64,000 nucleotides of DNA from Candidatus Bruticola sp. (lineage in GTDB: Bacteria > Vulcanimicrobiota > Xenobia > Xenobiales > Xenobiaceae): contig JBJEGD010000013.1 of assembly GCA_051874735.1 (NCBI GenBank), positions 64,001-128,000 on the forward strand, read 5' to 3'. A program made the translations under genes and the position numbers. Shown piece after piece: positions 9,842 to 18,732 of the stretch. Numbering within the stretch: position 1 is the stretch's first letter; the number at the start of each line of letters is the position of its first letter. The notes below the pieces were generated by a model. It searched no databases and had not been told where the DNA came from. It worked only from the letters and a program-made list of their open reading frames with translations.

Positions 9842-10612
9842 ATGCAGGACATAAAGTTGGATTTAAGTGCCGCCCGCGTTATAGCGGTTCGTACTAACAA
9901 AACTATCTACCGCCTCGGCGATTACTGTATTAAGGTATTTGATAGCGACTTCTCCAAGTCTGATGTGCTCAACGAGGCTCTTAACCAGTCGCGCGTAGAA
10001 GAGACTAACCTTGATATTCCCAAGATTATCGAGGTTACCAAAATCGATGGTAAGTGGGCCATCATTACTGAGTTTATCAGCGGCCCCACTTTATCCGATC
10101 TCATGGATAAAGAGCCGGAAAAAGAAGATGAGTATATGACTCGCTTCATTAATATTCAGAACCGCATTCTGAATACTAAGGCTCCTATGCTCAATAAGTT
10201 GGTAGACAAGATGCAACATAAGATCAGCTCTACCAATTTGAATGCAACTGCCCGTTATGAGCTGCATATGCGTCTTTCAGCTATTCCACGTCAAGACAGA
10301 ATCTGTCATGGCGATTTTAACCCTAGCAATGTAATTTGCGGTACTAACGGCACCGATTACGTTATTGACTGGTCGCATGTAACCCGCGGTGCAGCTGAAG
10401 CTGATGTGGCTAGAACTTACTTAGTATTTTGGCTTTCTGGACAGATTGGCCGGGCTCAGAAGTACTTAGATATGTACTGTGCCATGACCGATACTGCCAA
10501 ACAGCAAATTCAAAAGTGGCTGCCTATCGTAGCTGCTTCTCAGTCTGTCAAGGGGCGCCCTGAGGAGCGTGAGTTCTTGATGCACTGGATTAATGTAGTT
10601 GATTACGAATAA
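9842..10612 (+). CDS. APH/choline-kinase-like phosphotransferase (putative Ser/Thr kinase of hydS-type clusters)
   Basis: CHGDFNPSN catalytic loop and VIDW motif; AGGAGG SD directly after adhE. Confidence 0.8.
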   Translation: MQDIKLDLSAARVIAVRTNKTIYRLGDYCIKVFDSDFSKSDVLNEALNQSRVEETNLDIPKIIEVTKIDGKWAIITEFISGPTLSDLMDKEPEKEDEYMTRFINIQNRILNTKAPMLNKLVDKMQHKISSTNLNATARYELHMRLSAIPRQDRICHGDFNPSNVICGTNGTDYVIDWSHVTRGAAEADVARTYLVFWLSGQIGRAQKYLDMYCAMTDTAKQQIQKWLPIVAASQSVKGRPEEREFLMHWINVVDYE

Positions 10613-10624
10613 GGAGATAAGCTC

Positions 10625-10867
10625 ATGAAGGTTACAGTATGTTTAGGTAGTTCTTGCCATTTAAAAGGCTCTCGTCAAGTAGTTGAAGATCTACAGTTCC
10701 TCATTGCTCAGAATAATTTGAAGGGTAAAGTAGAACTGGGAGGCAAATTCTGCATGGGACAATGCCAGAAGGGCGTTTGTGTGACTGTAGATGATCAGCT
10801 TTTCTCCGTTTCACCAGATACTACTAAAAGTTTCTTTGAAAAGGAAATTATGGCTAAGTTGGCCTAG
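10625..10867 (+). CDS. Thioredoxin-like [2Fe-2S] ferredoxin (NuoE/HfsA-like), copy 1
   Basis: VCLGSSCHLKG...FCMGQC four-Cys pattern. Confidence 0.88.
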   Translation: MKVTVCLGSSCHLKGSRQVVEDLQFLIAQNNLKGKVELGGKFCMGQCQKGVCVTVDDQLFSVSPDTTKSFFEKEIMAKLA

Positions 10868-10890
10868 TCGCCACATTACCGAACTATGAT

Positions 10891-10942
10891 AAGAGCGTAC
10901 AGACAAGCCGGATAAAGTTCTCCGCCGTCTGTACGCTTTTTT
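10891..10942 (+). terminator. Intrinsic terminator after the first 2Fe-2S gene
   Basis: AGCGTACAGAC / GTCTGTACGCT 11-bp stem followed by a T run. Confidence 0.75.
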
Positions 10943-11358
10943 ATAGCTTCAATATCCTTCCGCCCTCTGTTGTTTTTTGGTATTATTAATCACGGTTTAG
11001 AGCTGTTGGTAGTCAATTTCGCTTTAATCTATCTGAACGTGGGTGTAGATAGATATGGTAGCTTAATGGGCTGCGGTAGCAAGCCGTTTTTTTATACTTC
11101 AGACTACAAGGCTAGTATGGCCTTTTTTATAACCGCATTCTGCATGTCTTTTATATTTTCAACACCTTTTCTTTTGAGCTTAAGCAGAAAGTAAAGTGTG
11201 TCTTTATCAACCTATATATTTGGTAGATAGTTCTATATACAGATACTCTTACCAAATATATGTCTATTTTTAGGAAATTTCTTTCTAGTTGGATAGGCAA
11301 TTAGAGAAGTTGTCGCAGCGTTTACGCTTTTGTTTTGAAAATACAGGGGTTTTGCATT

Positions 11359-11598
11359 ATGGAAATAGCTGTTTGTATCGGAAGTTCTTGCCATCTTAAG
11401 GGAGCGCGCAAGGTTGTAGAGGGACTGCAAAAAATTATCGCTGAGCGTGGTTTGACCGATAAAATACGGCTGTGCGGCAAGTTTTGCATGGGCAACTGCC
11501 AAAACGGGGTCTGTGTTACCATTAACGAAGAGATGTTTTCTGTAAAACCTGCGGAAGTGCAGTATTTTTTTGAGCGCGAAGTTGCTCCCAAGCTGTAA
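11359..11598 (+). CDS. Thioredoxin-like [2Fe-2S] ferredoxin (HfsA-like), copy 2
   Basis: ATG at 11359 aligns with the copy-1 start; VCIGSSCHLKG...FCMGNC; 45/79 residues identical to copy 1 by hand alignment. Confidence 0.88.
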   Translation: MEIAVCIGSSCHLKGARKVVEGLQKIIAERGLTDKIRLCGKFCMGNCQNGVCVTINEEMFSVKPAEVQYFFEREVAPKL

Positions 11599-11625
11599 AG
11601 ATAGTCAAGGAACTGGGGAACTATT

Positions 11626-13317
11626 ATGAGTCAGGGTTGTATAGAGCTAAAGAAATCTAATTGCAAAAACTGCTATAAGTGCATTCGCTATTGTCCATCA
11701 AAATCTATTCGTTTTTCTGGTAATCAGGCCCATGTAATCGACGAAGAGTGCATATACTGTGGCAGATGCGTAGTCGTATGTCCTCAGAAAGCTAAAGTCG
11801 CTAGGTGCGATGTCGAAAAAGTCAAGGTCTTCTTGGCTGAAGGAACTCCAGTATGCGTGAGCTTGGCACCCTCTTTTGCTGCCAACTACGTAGGGGCCAC
11901 TATCGATAGTATGAGAGAAGCTCTGAAATCTTTAGGCTTCAGCGAAGTAGAAGAAACGGCTATCGGCGCTACTATGGTGAAAAGACAATATGAAAACCTA
12001 GTAGCTGAAGGCAAGCAGGATGTCATTATTTCTACTTGCTGTCACAGTGTTAATTTATTAGTGCGTCGCCATTTTCCGGAAGTGCTTTCTAGACTGGCTA
12101 GAGTTGTATCGCCTATGGTGGCTCACTGCCATTCTCTCAAAGAGCGTTTCCCCGGCTGTAGAACCGTTTTTATCGGTCCTTGTATTTCTAAAAAACATGA
12201 GCAGACTGAGCATATCGAAGATGTAGACTGTGTACTTACTTTCAGAGAGCTTACTGAGTGGCTGAAAGAGGAAAAAATTACTGTTAAGCCCGGTACAGAT
12301 GATAATGACTACAGTAAAGCGCGTCTTTTTCCGTCCTGCGGCGGTATTTTGCGCACCATGGACTGCAATCAGCCTAATTTTGATTATATAGCTATTGATG
12401 GAGCATATAACTGTGTAAGTGCTCTAAAAGATATTCAAGAAGACAAAATTCACAACTGCTTTATTGAAATGTCTATATGCACAGGCAGCTGCATATGCGG
12501 TCCGGCCATGGATGAGAATGTAGAAGCTCCCATTAGCGCTCACTTAGCCATAAACAAATATGCCGGCAAGCACGACTTTATAGTTCCTGAGTATAATCCG
12601 GAAGAATTAAAGTGCGACCATCCGTACGATGTTGTACCGCGCGAACAGCCTACCGAAGAAGAAATTAAGCGCATTTTGCGCATGGTGGGCAAAGTCAGCA
12701 AAGATGATGAGCTCAACTGTGGTTGTTGCGGGTACAATACTTGTCGTGAAAAGGCCATTGCCGTTATTCAGGGTAAAGCTGATCTGAGCATGTGCTTACC
12801 TTACATTAAAGAACGCGCCGAATCTTTCTCCGATAATATTATCAGCAATACTCCCAATGGTATTATAGTTTTGAACGAGTCATTGGAAGTTCAGCAAATT
12901 AACAAAGCGGCTCTAACTATCCTTAATTTGCGTTCCGATTCGGCTATTTTGGGAGAAAAGATCGATCGCGTTATCGATCCGCAAATCTTCCGTGAAGTGC
13001 TTCTCACCAACCAAAACATTCTTAATCGTCAACTCTATCTGGCTGACTATTTGAAGCATGTAGATTTTTCTGTATTCTACGACAATAGTTACCACATTCT
13101 TATGTGCATTATGCGCGATATTACCGCTGAGCAGGCCGGTCGTGAAGAAAAAGAAAAAATTCGCCAACACACTATTGAGGTGACTGGCCAAGTGGTTGAG
13201 AAACAAATGCGAGTTGTACAAGAAATCGCTTTGCTGCTCGGCGAGACTACGGCTGAGACTAAAATTGCTCTCACTAAGTTAAAGGAGTCCCTCATAGATG
13301 AATCAACTGTGCACTGA
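11626..13317 (+). CDS. hydS: Putative sensory [FeFe]-hydrogenase (group C, HydS/HfsB-like) with FeS and PAS domains
   Basis: N-terminal 2x[4Fe-4S]; H-cluster motifs STCCHS / GPCISKKHE / EMSICTGSC; LNCGCCGYNTC FeS domain; PAS (NTPNGIIVLN...RDIT); C-terminal QEIALLLGETTAETK helix. Confidence 0.9.
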   Translation: MSQGCIELKKSNCKNCYKCIRYCPSKSIRFSGNQAHVIDEECIYCGRCVVVCPQKAKVARCDVEKVKVFLAEGTPVCVSLAPSFAANYVGATIDSMREALKSLGFSEVEETAIGATMVKRQYENLVAEGKQDVIISTCCHSVNLLVRRHFPEVLSRLARVVSPMVAHCHSLKERFPGCRTVFIGPCISKKHEQTEHIEDVDCVLTFRELTEWLKEEKITVKPGTDDNDYSKARLFPSCGGILRTMDCNQPNFDYIAIDGAYNCVSALKDIQEDKIHNCFIEMSICTGSCICGPAMDENVEAPISAHLAINKYAGKHDFIVPEYNPEELKCDHPYDVVPREQPTEEEIKRILRMVGKVSKDDELNCGCCGYNTCREKAIAVIQGKADLSMCLPYIKERAESFSDNIISNTPNGIIVLNESLEVQQINKAALTILNLRSDSAILGEKIDRVIDPQIFREVLLTNQNILNRQLYLADYLKHVDFSVFYDNSYHILMCIMRDITAEQAGREEKEKIRQHTIEVTGQVVEKQMRVVQEIALLLGETTAETKIALTKLKESLIDESTVH

Positions 13318-14470
13318 TATCGGCTATCAGAGCCTTGTAAAATATGGTGAGCAGCTTTGCGGCGACCACGTAGATATAGTTGAGCAGGAAGACGGCTCTA
13401 TTGTTTTGGTGTTGGCTGACGGTTTGGGCAGTGGCGTGAAAGCCTGCATTCTGTCTACGCTGACTTCAAAAATTATTTCTACTATGATGGCTGCCTCCAT
13501 GAGTATCGATGAGTGCGTGAAAACGATTATCGCTACTTTGCCTGTCTGTTCGGTGCGCCAAGTTGCTTACTCTACTTTTACTATTATTCGTATAACCCCT
13601 AACTCAGAGGCAGAAGTTATTCAATATGATAACCCGCTGGTCATTTTCCTGCGTGATGGCAAGCATATAGAGCTGCCTTCAACTACTATGGAAATTAGTG
13701 GCAAGACCGTTTACTTCAGCCGTTTGCAGCTTCGAGAGGGCGATGTTTTTGTAGCCATGAGCGATGGTTGCATACATGCTGGAGTGGGGATGAGCCTTAA
13801 CTTCGGTTGGGAGCGCAAAGAAATTATTGAGTTCGTAGAAATGATGTACGGAGTTGGTTTTACGGCTAAAACGCTCAGTACTATCATTCTTGACGAGTGC
13901 AACCGCCTCTACGGGGGAAAGCCTGGTGACGACACCACTGTTTGCTGCGTGCGTTTGCGCCATCGCGAGCCTATGAACTTAATGATAGGTCCTCCCGCTA
14001 ATCCCGATGATGTGAACCGTATGATGAGCTTATTCTTTGCTAAGCACGGCAAGCATATTGTCTGCGGTGGTACTACCTCCAGCTTGGCTGCCAAATTTTT
14101 GGATAAGCCTATAGAAATGCGTTTAGAGTATTTCGATCCGGAAATTCCGCCTATTGCCAGCATTGAAGGAGTCGATTTGGTGACTGAGGGAGTAGTCACT
14201 ATAAATAGGGTGCTCACTTATGCTAAAAGTTATCTGGCCGACAATGAATGCTACAAAGACTGGAGTTATAAAAAAGATGGCGCCTCTCAGATCGCCCGCT
14301 TGCTCTTTGAAGAAGCTACCGACATCAATTTCTTTGTAGGTCGGGCTGTCAATCCGGCTCACCAGAACCCTTCGTTGCCTATAAATTTCAACATAAAAAT
14401 GCAATTAGTGAAGGAACTTACCGATTGCTTAAAACAAATGGGTAAGCGCATTAAAGTAAGTTACTTTTAA
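13298..14470 (+). CDS. SpoIIE/PP2C-type Ser/Thr protein phosphatase (HfsC-like)
   Basis: CGD, VLADGLGSGVKA, MSDG and GDDTT metal-binding motifs; overlaps hydS by 20 nt. Confidence 0.9.
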   Translation: MNQLCTDIGYQSLVKYGEQLCGDHVDIVEQEDGSIVLVLADGLGSGVKACILSTLTSKIISTMMAASMSIDECVKTIIATLPVCSVRQVAYSTFTIIRITPNSEAEVIQYDNPLVIFLRDGKHIELPSTTMEISGKTVYFSRLQLREGDVFVAMSDGCIHAGVGMSLNFGWERKEIIEFVEMMYGVGFTAKTLSTIILDECNRLYGGKPGDDTTVCCVRLRHREPMNLMIGPPANPDDVNRMMSLFFAKHGKHIVCGGTTSSLAAKFLDKPIEMRLEYFDPEIPPIASIEGVDLVTEGVVTINRVLTYAKSYLADNECYKDWSYKKDGASQIARLLFEEATDINFFVGRAVNPAHQNPSLPINFNIKMQLVKELTDCLKQMGKRIKVSYF

Positions 14471-14493
14471 TTTTCAGAAAGATTGTTGTCTCT

Positions 14494-15927
14494 ATGAATA
14501 ACATTAAATTCGATACTAAAGTTCAATATCTTAAGCATAGTGTGCTTAAAGAGGTTGTTCGCTTAGCTTTTAAAGACAAACTTTTAGAGGAAGTTCTAGA
14601 TATTCCCAAGAGGATTGTTCCTGGCAAAATCCCTACTATGCGCTGCTGTGTGTTTAAGGAGCGGGCTATTTTAGGTGAGCGAGTGCGCATGGCTTTGGGA
14701 GGAAGTTCCAACAATGAGAATATTATTGAAGTTTTAGATATTGCCTGCGATGAATGTCCAGTAGGAGGTTACGAGGTTACCAACGCTTGTCGAGGCTGTA
14801 TAGCTCACCGCTGTGAGCAGGCTTGCAGACGCGGAGCGATTACTTTTGACCATAATCAGAAAGCGCATATTGATAAGGACAAGTGCGTGGAGTGCGGCAT
14901 GTGCGCAAAAGTTTGTCCTTACAACGCTATTATGAACTTTAAGCGTCCTTGTGAGAGAGCTTGCAAAGTTAAGGCTATCAGCATGAACGAAGAAAAAGTG
15001 GCTTCTATCGACGAAAGCAAGTGCGTACGTTGTGGGGCTTGCGTTTATCAGTGTCCCTTCGGGGCTATCGTTGATAAGTCTTATATACTTAATGCTGTCG
15101 ATCTGATACGCAAGAGTAAGAATGGTGGCCCTAAAGTTTATGCTGTGGTTGCTCCTTCTATTGCCAGCCAATTCAGCTACGCTAAATTGGGACAAGTAGT
15201 CAAGGCTATTAAGGAGTGCGGTTTTTATAACGTTTTAGAGGCCGCTTTGGGCGCCGACATGGTAGCTTTCAATGAGTCAAAGGAATTGGCAGAGAAAGGC
15301 TTCTTGCTCAGTTCTTGCTGTCCCGCCTTTGTGGCTTTTGTGCATAAAGAATTCCCTAAGCTAAAAGATAATGTCTCCCATAGTTTGTCACCTATGGCCA
15401 CTATTGCCAAGTATATAAAAGAAACTGATCCGGGCTGCAAGGTGGTCTTTATTGGTCCTTGTACGGCTAAAAAGATGGAAACACAGCTCGATACGGTCAG
15501 CCCTTATGTTGATGTCTCCCTGACTTTCGAAGAGTTACAGGCTTTGTTCGATGGTTTAGAGATAGATGTAGCTTCTTTGGAAGAAGATGTTTTAGACAAT
15601 GCTTCCTATTTCGGCAGGATATTCGCCCGCTGCGGCGGCTTGGCCGACGCTGTAGCAGAGGGGCTGAAAGAGCACGGAGTTACAGATTTCGAGCTTAAAG
15701 CCGTTTCCTGCAGCGGTTTAGAAGAATGTCGCAAAGCTTTGCTGATGGCGGCGCACGGCAAGTCTCCTTATAACTTTATTGAGGGCATGGCTTGTGTAGG
15801 CGGATGTATTGGCGGTCCAGGCTGTTTAACTCATGGTGATAAAGATTCCCGTGAAATAGATAAGTATGGCCGGGAAGCTATGGAAAAGACTATTAGCAGT
15901 GCTGTTAAGCAGTATATAAGAGATTAG
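14494..15927 (+). CDS. Monomeric ferredoxin-dependent [FeFe]-hydrogenase (group B, HydA2/HfsD-like)
   Basis: Several CxxCxxCxxxCP motifs; H-cluster SSCCPAF, GPCTAKKME, EGMACVGGCIGG. Confidence 0.92.
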   Translation: MNNIKFDTKVQYLKHSVLKEVVRLAFKDKLLEEVLDIPKRIVPGKIPTMRCCVFKERAILGERVRMALGGSSNNENIIEVLDIACDECPVGGYEVTNACRGCIAHRCEQACRRGAITFDHNQKAHIDKDKCVECGMCAKVCPYNAIMNFKRPCERACKVKAISMNEEKVASIDESKCVRCGACVYQCPFGAIVDKSYILNAVDLIRKSKNGGPKVYAVVAPSIASQFSYAKLGQVVKAIKECGFYNVLEAALGADMVAFNESKELAEKGFLLSSCCPAFVAFVHKEFPKLKDNVSHSLSPMATIAKYIKETDPGCKVVFIGPCTAKKMETQLDTVSPYVDVSLTFEELQALFDGLEIDVASLEEDVLDNASYFGRIFARCGGLADAVAEGLKEHGVTDFELKAVSCSGLEECRKALLMAAHGKSPYNFIEGMACVGGCIGGPGCLTHGDKDSREIDKYGREAMEKTISSAVKQYIRD

Positions 15928-15948
15928 TTTCTTCGCTTGTAGGCTTAT

Positions 15949-15983
15949 AAAATCGGCTGAAAAAATTTCAGCCGATTTTTTTT
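15949..15983 (+). terminator. Intrinsic terminator after the hydrogenase gene
   Basis: AAAATCGGCTGAAA / TTTCAGCCGATTTT inverted repeat plus T run. Confidence 0.85.
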
Positions 15984-16054
15984 CAGCAGCAGGAAAACTA
16001 TATTTAATGTAGTAATTTTCATCTCGTTGCCGCGATAGTGGGCAGCTGTACAAT

Positions 16055-16144
16055 GGAGAGCTGGCTGAGTGGTCGAAAGCAGCGGTCTTGAAAACCGCCG
16101 TGGCATTACTGTCACCGGGGGTTCGAATCCCTCGCTCTCCGCCA
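16055..16144 (+). tRNA. tRNA-Ser (anticodon TGA)
   Basis: GGAGAGC acceptor stem, GCGGT-CT-TGA-AA-ACCGC anticodon arm, long variable arm, GGTTCGAATCC, encoded CCA. Confidence 0.97.
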
Positions 16145-16293
16145 AAGGTAAATAGAAAAGGGGCTGGATCGTTTTTTCTTGCGGTTCAGGTCTTTTTTTT
16201 TGTAGTGCCGCTTCTTTTGCAGTGAAATAAATGGCTTATATAAATGAAAAAGCTCCGCTGCCTATAATATTGAAGCGGAGCTGGTGCGTATTT

Positions 16294-17085
16294 TTAAGAT
16301 TTGCTCAAAATTTCTTTATAAATAGCGTAGTCTTTATCTAATAAAACGGTAAAAATCACTTTAGGAGCTGTGCTTTCACGATTCAGATAATCTCGAGTGG
16401 TGCGCAGCGCGATTTCTGCTGCTCTGTGGTTAGGAAAACAGTAAACGCCGGTTGAAATACAGCAGAAAGCTATAGAATCTAATCCTTTTTCATGAGCTAA
16501 CTGCAAAGAATTGCGGTAACAGGCAGCTAAAGCCTCCTCATCCGTTTTCTGCAGCTGACGGTAAATAATGGGGCCTACGGTGTGAATAACGTACTGACAG
16601 GGGAGGTTGTACGCTTTAGTTAGGCGAGCTTCTCCAGCTTGCAACGAGCGCCCCAAGCGCTGCATAATTTCGGCGCATTCTGCCCGCAGCTGCAGTCCTG
16701 CAGCTGAATGGATCGCATTATCGACGCAGTTATGGCAGGGAATAAAGCAGCCGAGCATATCTGAATTAGCAGCGTTGACAATAGCTCCGCAGCGTATTTT
16801 GCTGATATCCCCTTGGTGAAGATATATTTTATCAGCTACCGGATTGAGTTGGCTAACTTCAGTAATATCTAGGCTATTGAGTTCTTCCTGAAAATATTCA
16901 TCTTGTATTTTTATAAACTCTGAACTAATTGCTTTGGGAGGGCGCACATTAAGTAAAGAGCGCAAAAATTTCTTTTGCTTATCTTCTTTGTCGGGTATTT
17001 TAGTACTAGAGGATATTTCTCTGCTGTTGATAGCTTCTCTAAGCAGTTCACTGATTAAAAAGACTCTTCTTTCACTCTGATTCAT
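16294..17085 (-). CDS. Zn-binding macrodomain protein (protein-ADP-ribose hydrolase)
   Basis: GDI..IVNAAN, CFIPCHNCVDNAIHSAAG Zn insert, VIHTVGP, FCCISTGVYCFP. Confidence 0.9.
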   Translation of the reverse strand: MNQSERRVFLISELLREAINSREISSSTKIPDKEDKQKKFLRSLLNVRPPKAISSEFIKIQDEYFQEELNSLDITEVSQLNPVADKIYLHQGDISKIRCGAIVNAANSDMLGCFIPCHNCVDNAIHSAAGLQLRAECAEIMQRLGRSLQAGEARLTKAYNLPCQYVIHTVGPIIYRQLQKTDEEALAACYRNSLQLAHEKGLDSIAFCCISTGVYCFPNHRAAEIALRTTRDYLNRESTAPKVIFTVLLDKDYAIYKEILSKS

Positions 17086-17271
17086 GAAGCATCCAACCTT
17101 TCATCAATTTATTCCGTCTGGGAAGACCGACAAAGAACTTATTTAATAAATATACCTTCTTTGCTTCAGTATTTCAAACTAGCGGTCTAAAACTACTTAA
17201 AAAGTTAGCATAATTGTTTAGTTTATAAATTATAGCGGTGGAATAGACGCTTTACCCTCTATTTTGTGAAA

Positions 17272-17319
17272 AAAGCTCTTCCTATCTGTAAGTTTTCAAC
17301 TTACTATTAGGAAGAGCTT
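17272..17319 (-). terminator. Probable terminator of the DUF1015 gene
   Basis: AAGCTCTTCCTA..GTAAGTT / AACTTAC..TAGGAAGAGCTT extended hairpin with an A run on the left. Confidence 0.65.
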
Positions 17320-17372
17320 GGTTACTTAAAAAACAAAAAAGGCCAATTTAGCCGTCTATTTGTTTATAACAA

Positions 17373-18602
17373 TTAGGCTAAGGCGTGATTGACGATTGAA
17401 TCGCGCAGCTTAGGTTCGAACCAAGTCGACTTAGGAGGCATAATCTCGCCCGCATCGGCTATATCCATAAGTTCTTGCAAACTGACGGGGCGCATAGAGA
17501 AAGCCACCTGCGCGCGTCCCTCATCAACTCTCTTGACTAGTTCCTCAGTACCTCTGATGCCGCCCACGAAATCGATGCGTTCATTGGTGCGTGGGTCGTC
17601 AATAGCTAAAATAGGATTGAGAATATTTTCCTGCAGAACTGCGGCATCGAGTTTCTGAGCAGGGGTGGCTGCTTTTTCTTTGAGGGAAGTAAGATCTAAA
17701 TCGTACCACTTACCGGCTAAATACATACTTACATGGCCGTCTTTTTCGGGCTCTGGAGTAGCATTAGCTTCTACAGGTACAACGTTTTTTAGTTTGGCTA
17801 AAAACTCTTCAGCACTGTGGCCATTGAGATCGGCCACTACGCGGTTATAGGCCATAATTTTAAGCTGATTGTCAGGGAAGGCCACCGCTAAGAAGAAATT
17901 CGCCGCTTCATTGCCTGTCCAGTTAGCATTTTCAGAACGAAGTTTAGCTCTGGTGCGGCTGGCTGAGGCTGCCCGGTGGTGGCCGTCGGCAATATAAAGG
18001 GCGGGGATTTTGGCAAATTCGGCGATAAGGTCAGCGCAATCTGTCAGTTTCCAGGCTGTGTGGCGAATACCGTCAGGAGCTGTAAAATTGTAGAGAGGTT
18101 CAGCAGCAGTTGCCTGACTGACTAGGGAGTCAATTTCCGGTCTAGCTTTATATGTCAAGAAGACGGGACCAGTTTGGGCTTTAGTAGTGATAATATGATT
18201 GGTGCGGTCATCCTCTTTAGCTTTGCGCGTCTTTTCGTGTTTTTTTATAAGATTGTTATCGTACTCGTCTACTGAGAAAGTGGCGGCGATACCAGTTTGA
18301 ATATGGTTACCCATTTGCTGCTGATAAATGTATACGGCGGGAGTGTCATCGGTAAAGAGAGCACCTTCGCTGCAGAGCTTTTGCAAATTTTCAGCAGCTT
18401 TAGCGTAGACGGCTGGATCGTAAGCATCTGTGGAGTCAGGAAGATCAATTTCAGCGCGAGACACATGAATAAAGCTCAGGGGATGACCTTCACCTAACGC
18501 TTTAGCTTCTTGGCGATCTACAACATCGTAGGGGACTTCGGCTACTTGGGCCACATACTGAGGGTGAGGACGCAGGGCTCGGAAAGGACGTAAAACGGAC
18601 AT
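17373..18602 (-). CDS. DUF1015 family protein
   Basis: RPFRALRP, PYDVV, IKKHEKT, YIADGHHR, IMPPKSTWFEPKLR motifs. Confidence 0.9.
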   Translation of the reverse strand: MSVLRPFRALRPHPQYVAQVAEVPYDVVDRQEAKALGEGHPLSFIHVSRAEIDLPDSTDAYDPAVYAKAAENLQKLCSEGALFTDDTPAVYIYQQQMGNHIQTGIAATFSVDEYDNNLIKKHEKTRKAKEDDRTNHIITTKAQTGPVFLTYKARPEIDSLVSQATAAEPLYNFTAPDGIRHTAWKLTDCADLIAEFAKIPALYIADGHHRAASASRTRAKLRSENANWTGNEAANFFLAVAFPDNQLKIMAYNRVVADLNGHSAEEFLAKLKNVVPVEANATPEPEKDGHVSMYLAGKWYDLDLTSLKEKAATPAQKLDAAVLQENILNPILAIDDPRTNERIDFVGGIRGTEELVKRVDEGRAQVAFSMRPVSLQELMDIADAGEIMPPKSTWFEPKLRDSIVNHALA

Positions 18603-18654
18603 TTTCTATCACCTTTACATTTAATATCGAAGGCGTAACTTTTACATATAAAAT

Positions 18655-18699
18655 AAAAAAACCTGCATAATTAGTTTTTGTAATTATGCAGATTTTTTT
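18655..18699. terminator. Intrinsic terminator (bidirectional appearance)
   Basis: CTGCATAATTA / TAATTATGCAG stem flanked by A and T runs. Confidence 0.7.
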
Positions 18700-18732
18700 T
18701 GTCTCAGTTGTTTTGCCTATATATACATTAGG

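Noticed and set aside
10970-11194. 74-aa hydrophobic ORF between the two 2Fe-2S genes
   Set aside because: TTG start, no SD, and hydrophobicity explained by T-rich intergenic sequence.
15945-16145. 66-aa minus-strand ORF (MAESEGFEPP...)
   Set aside because: Antisense translation of tRNA-Ser.
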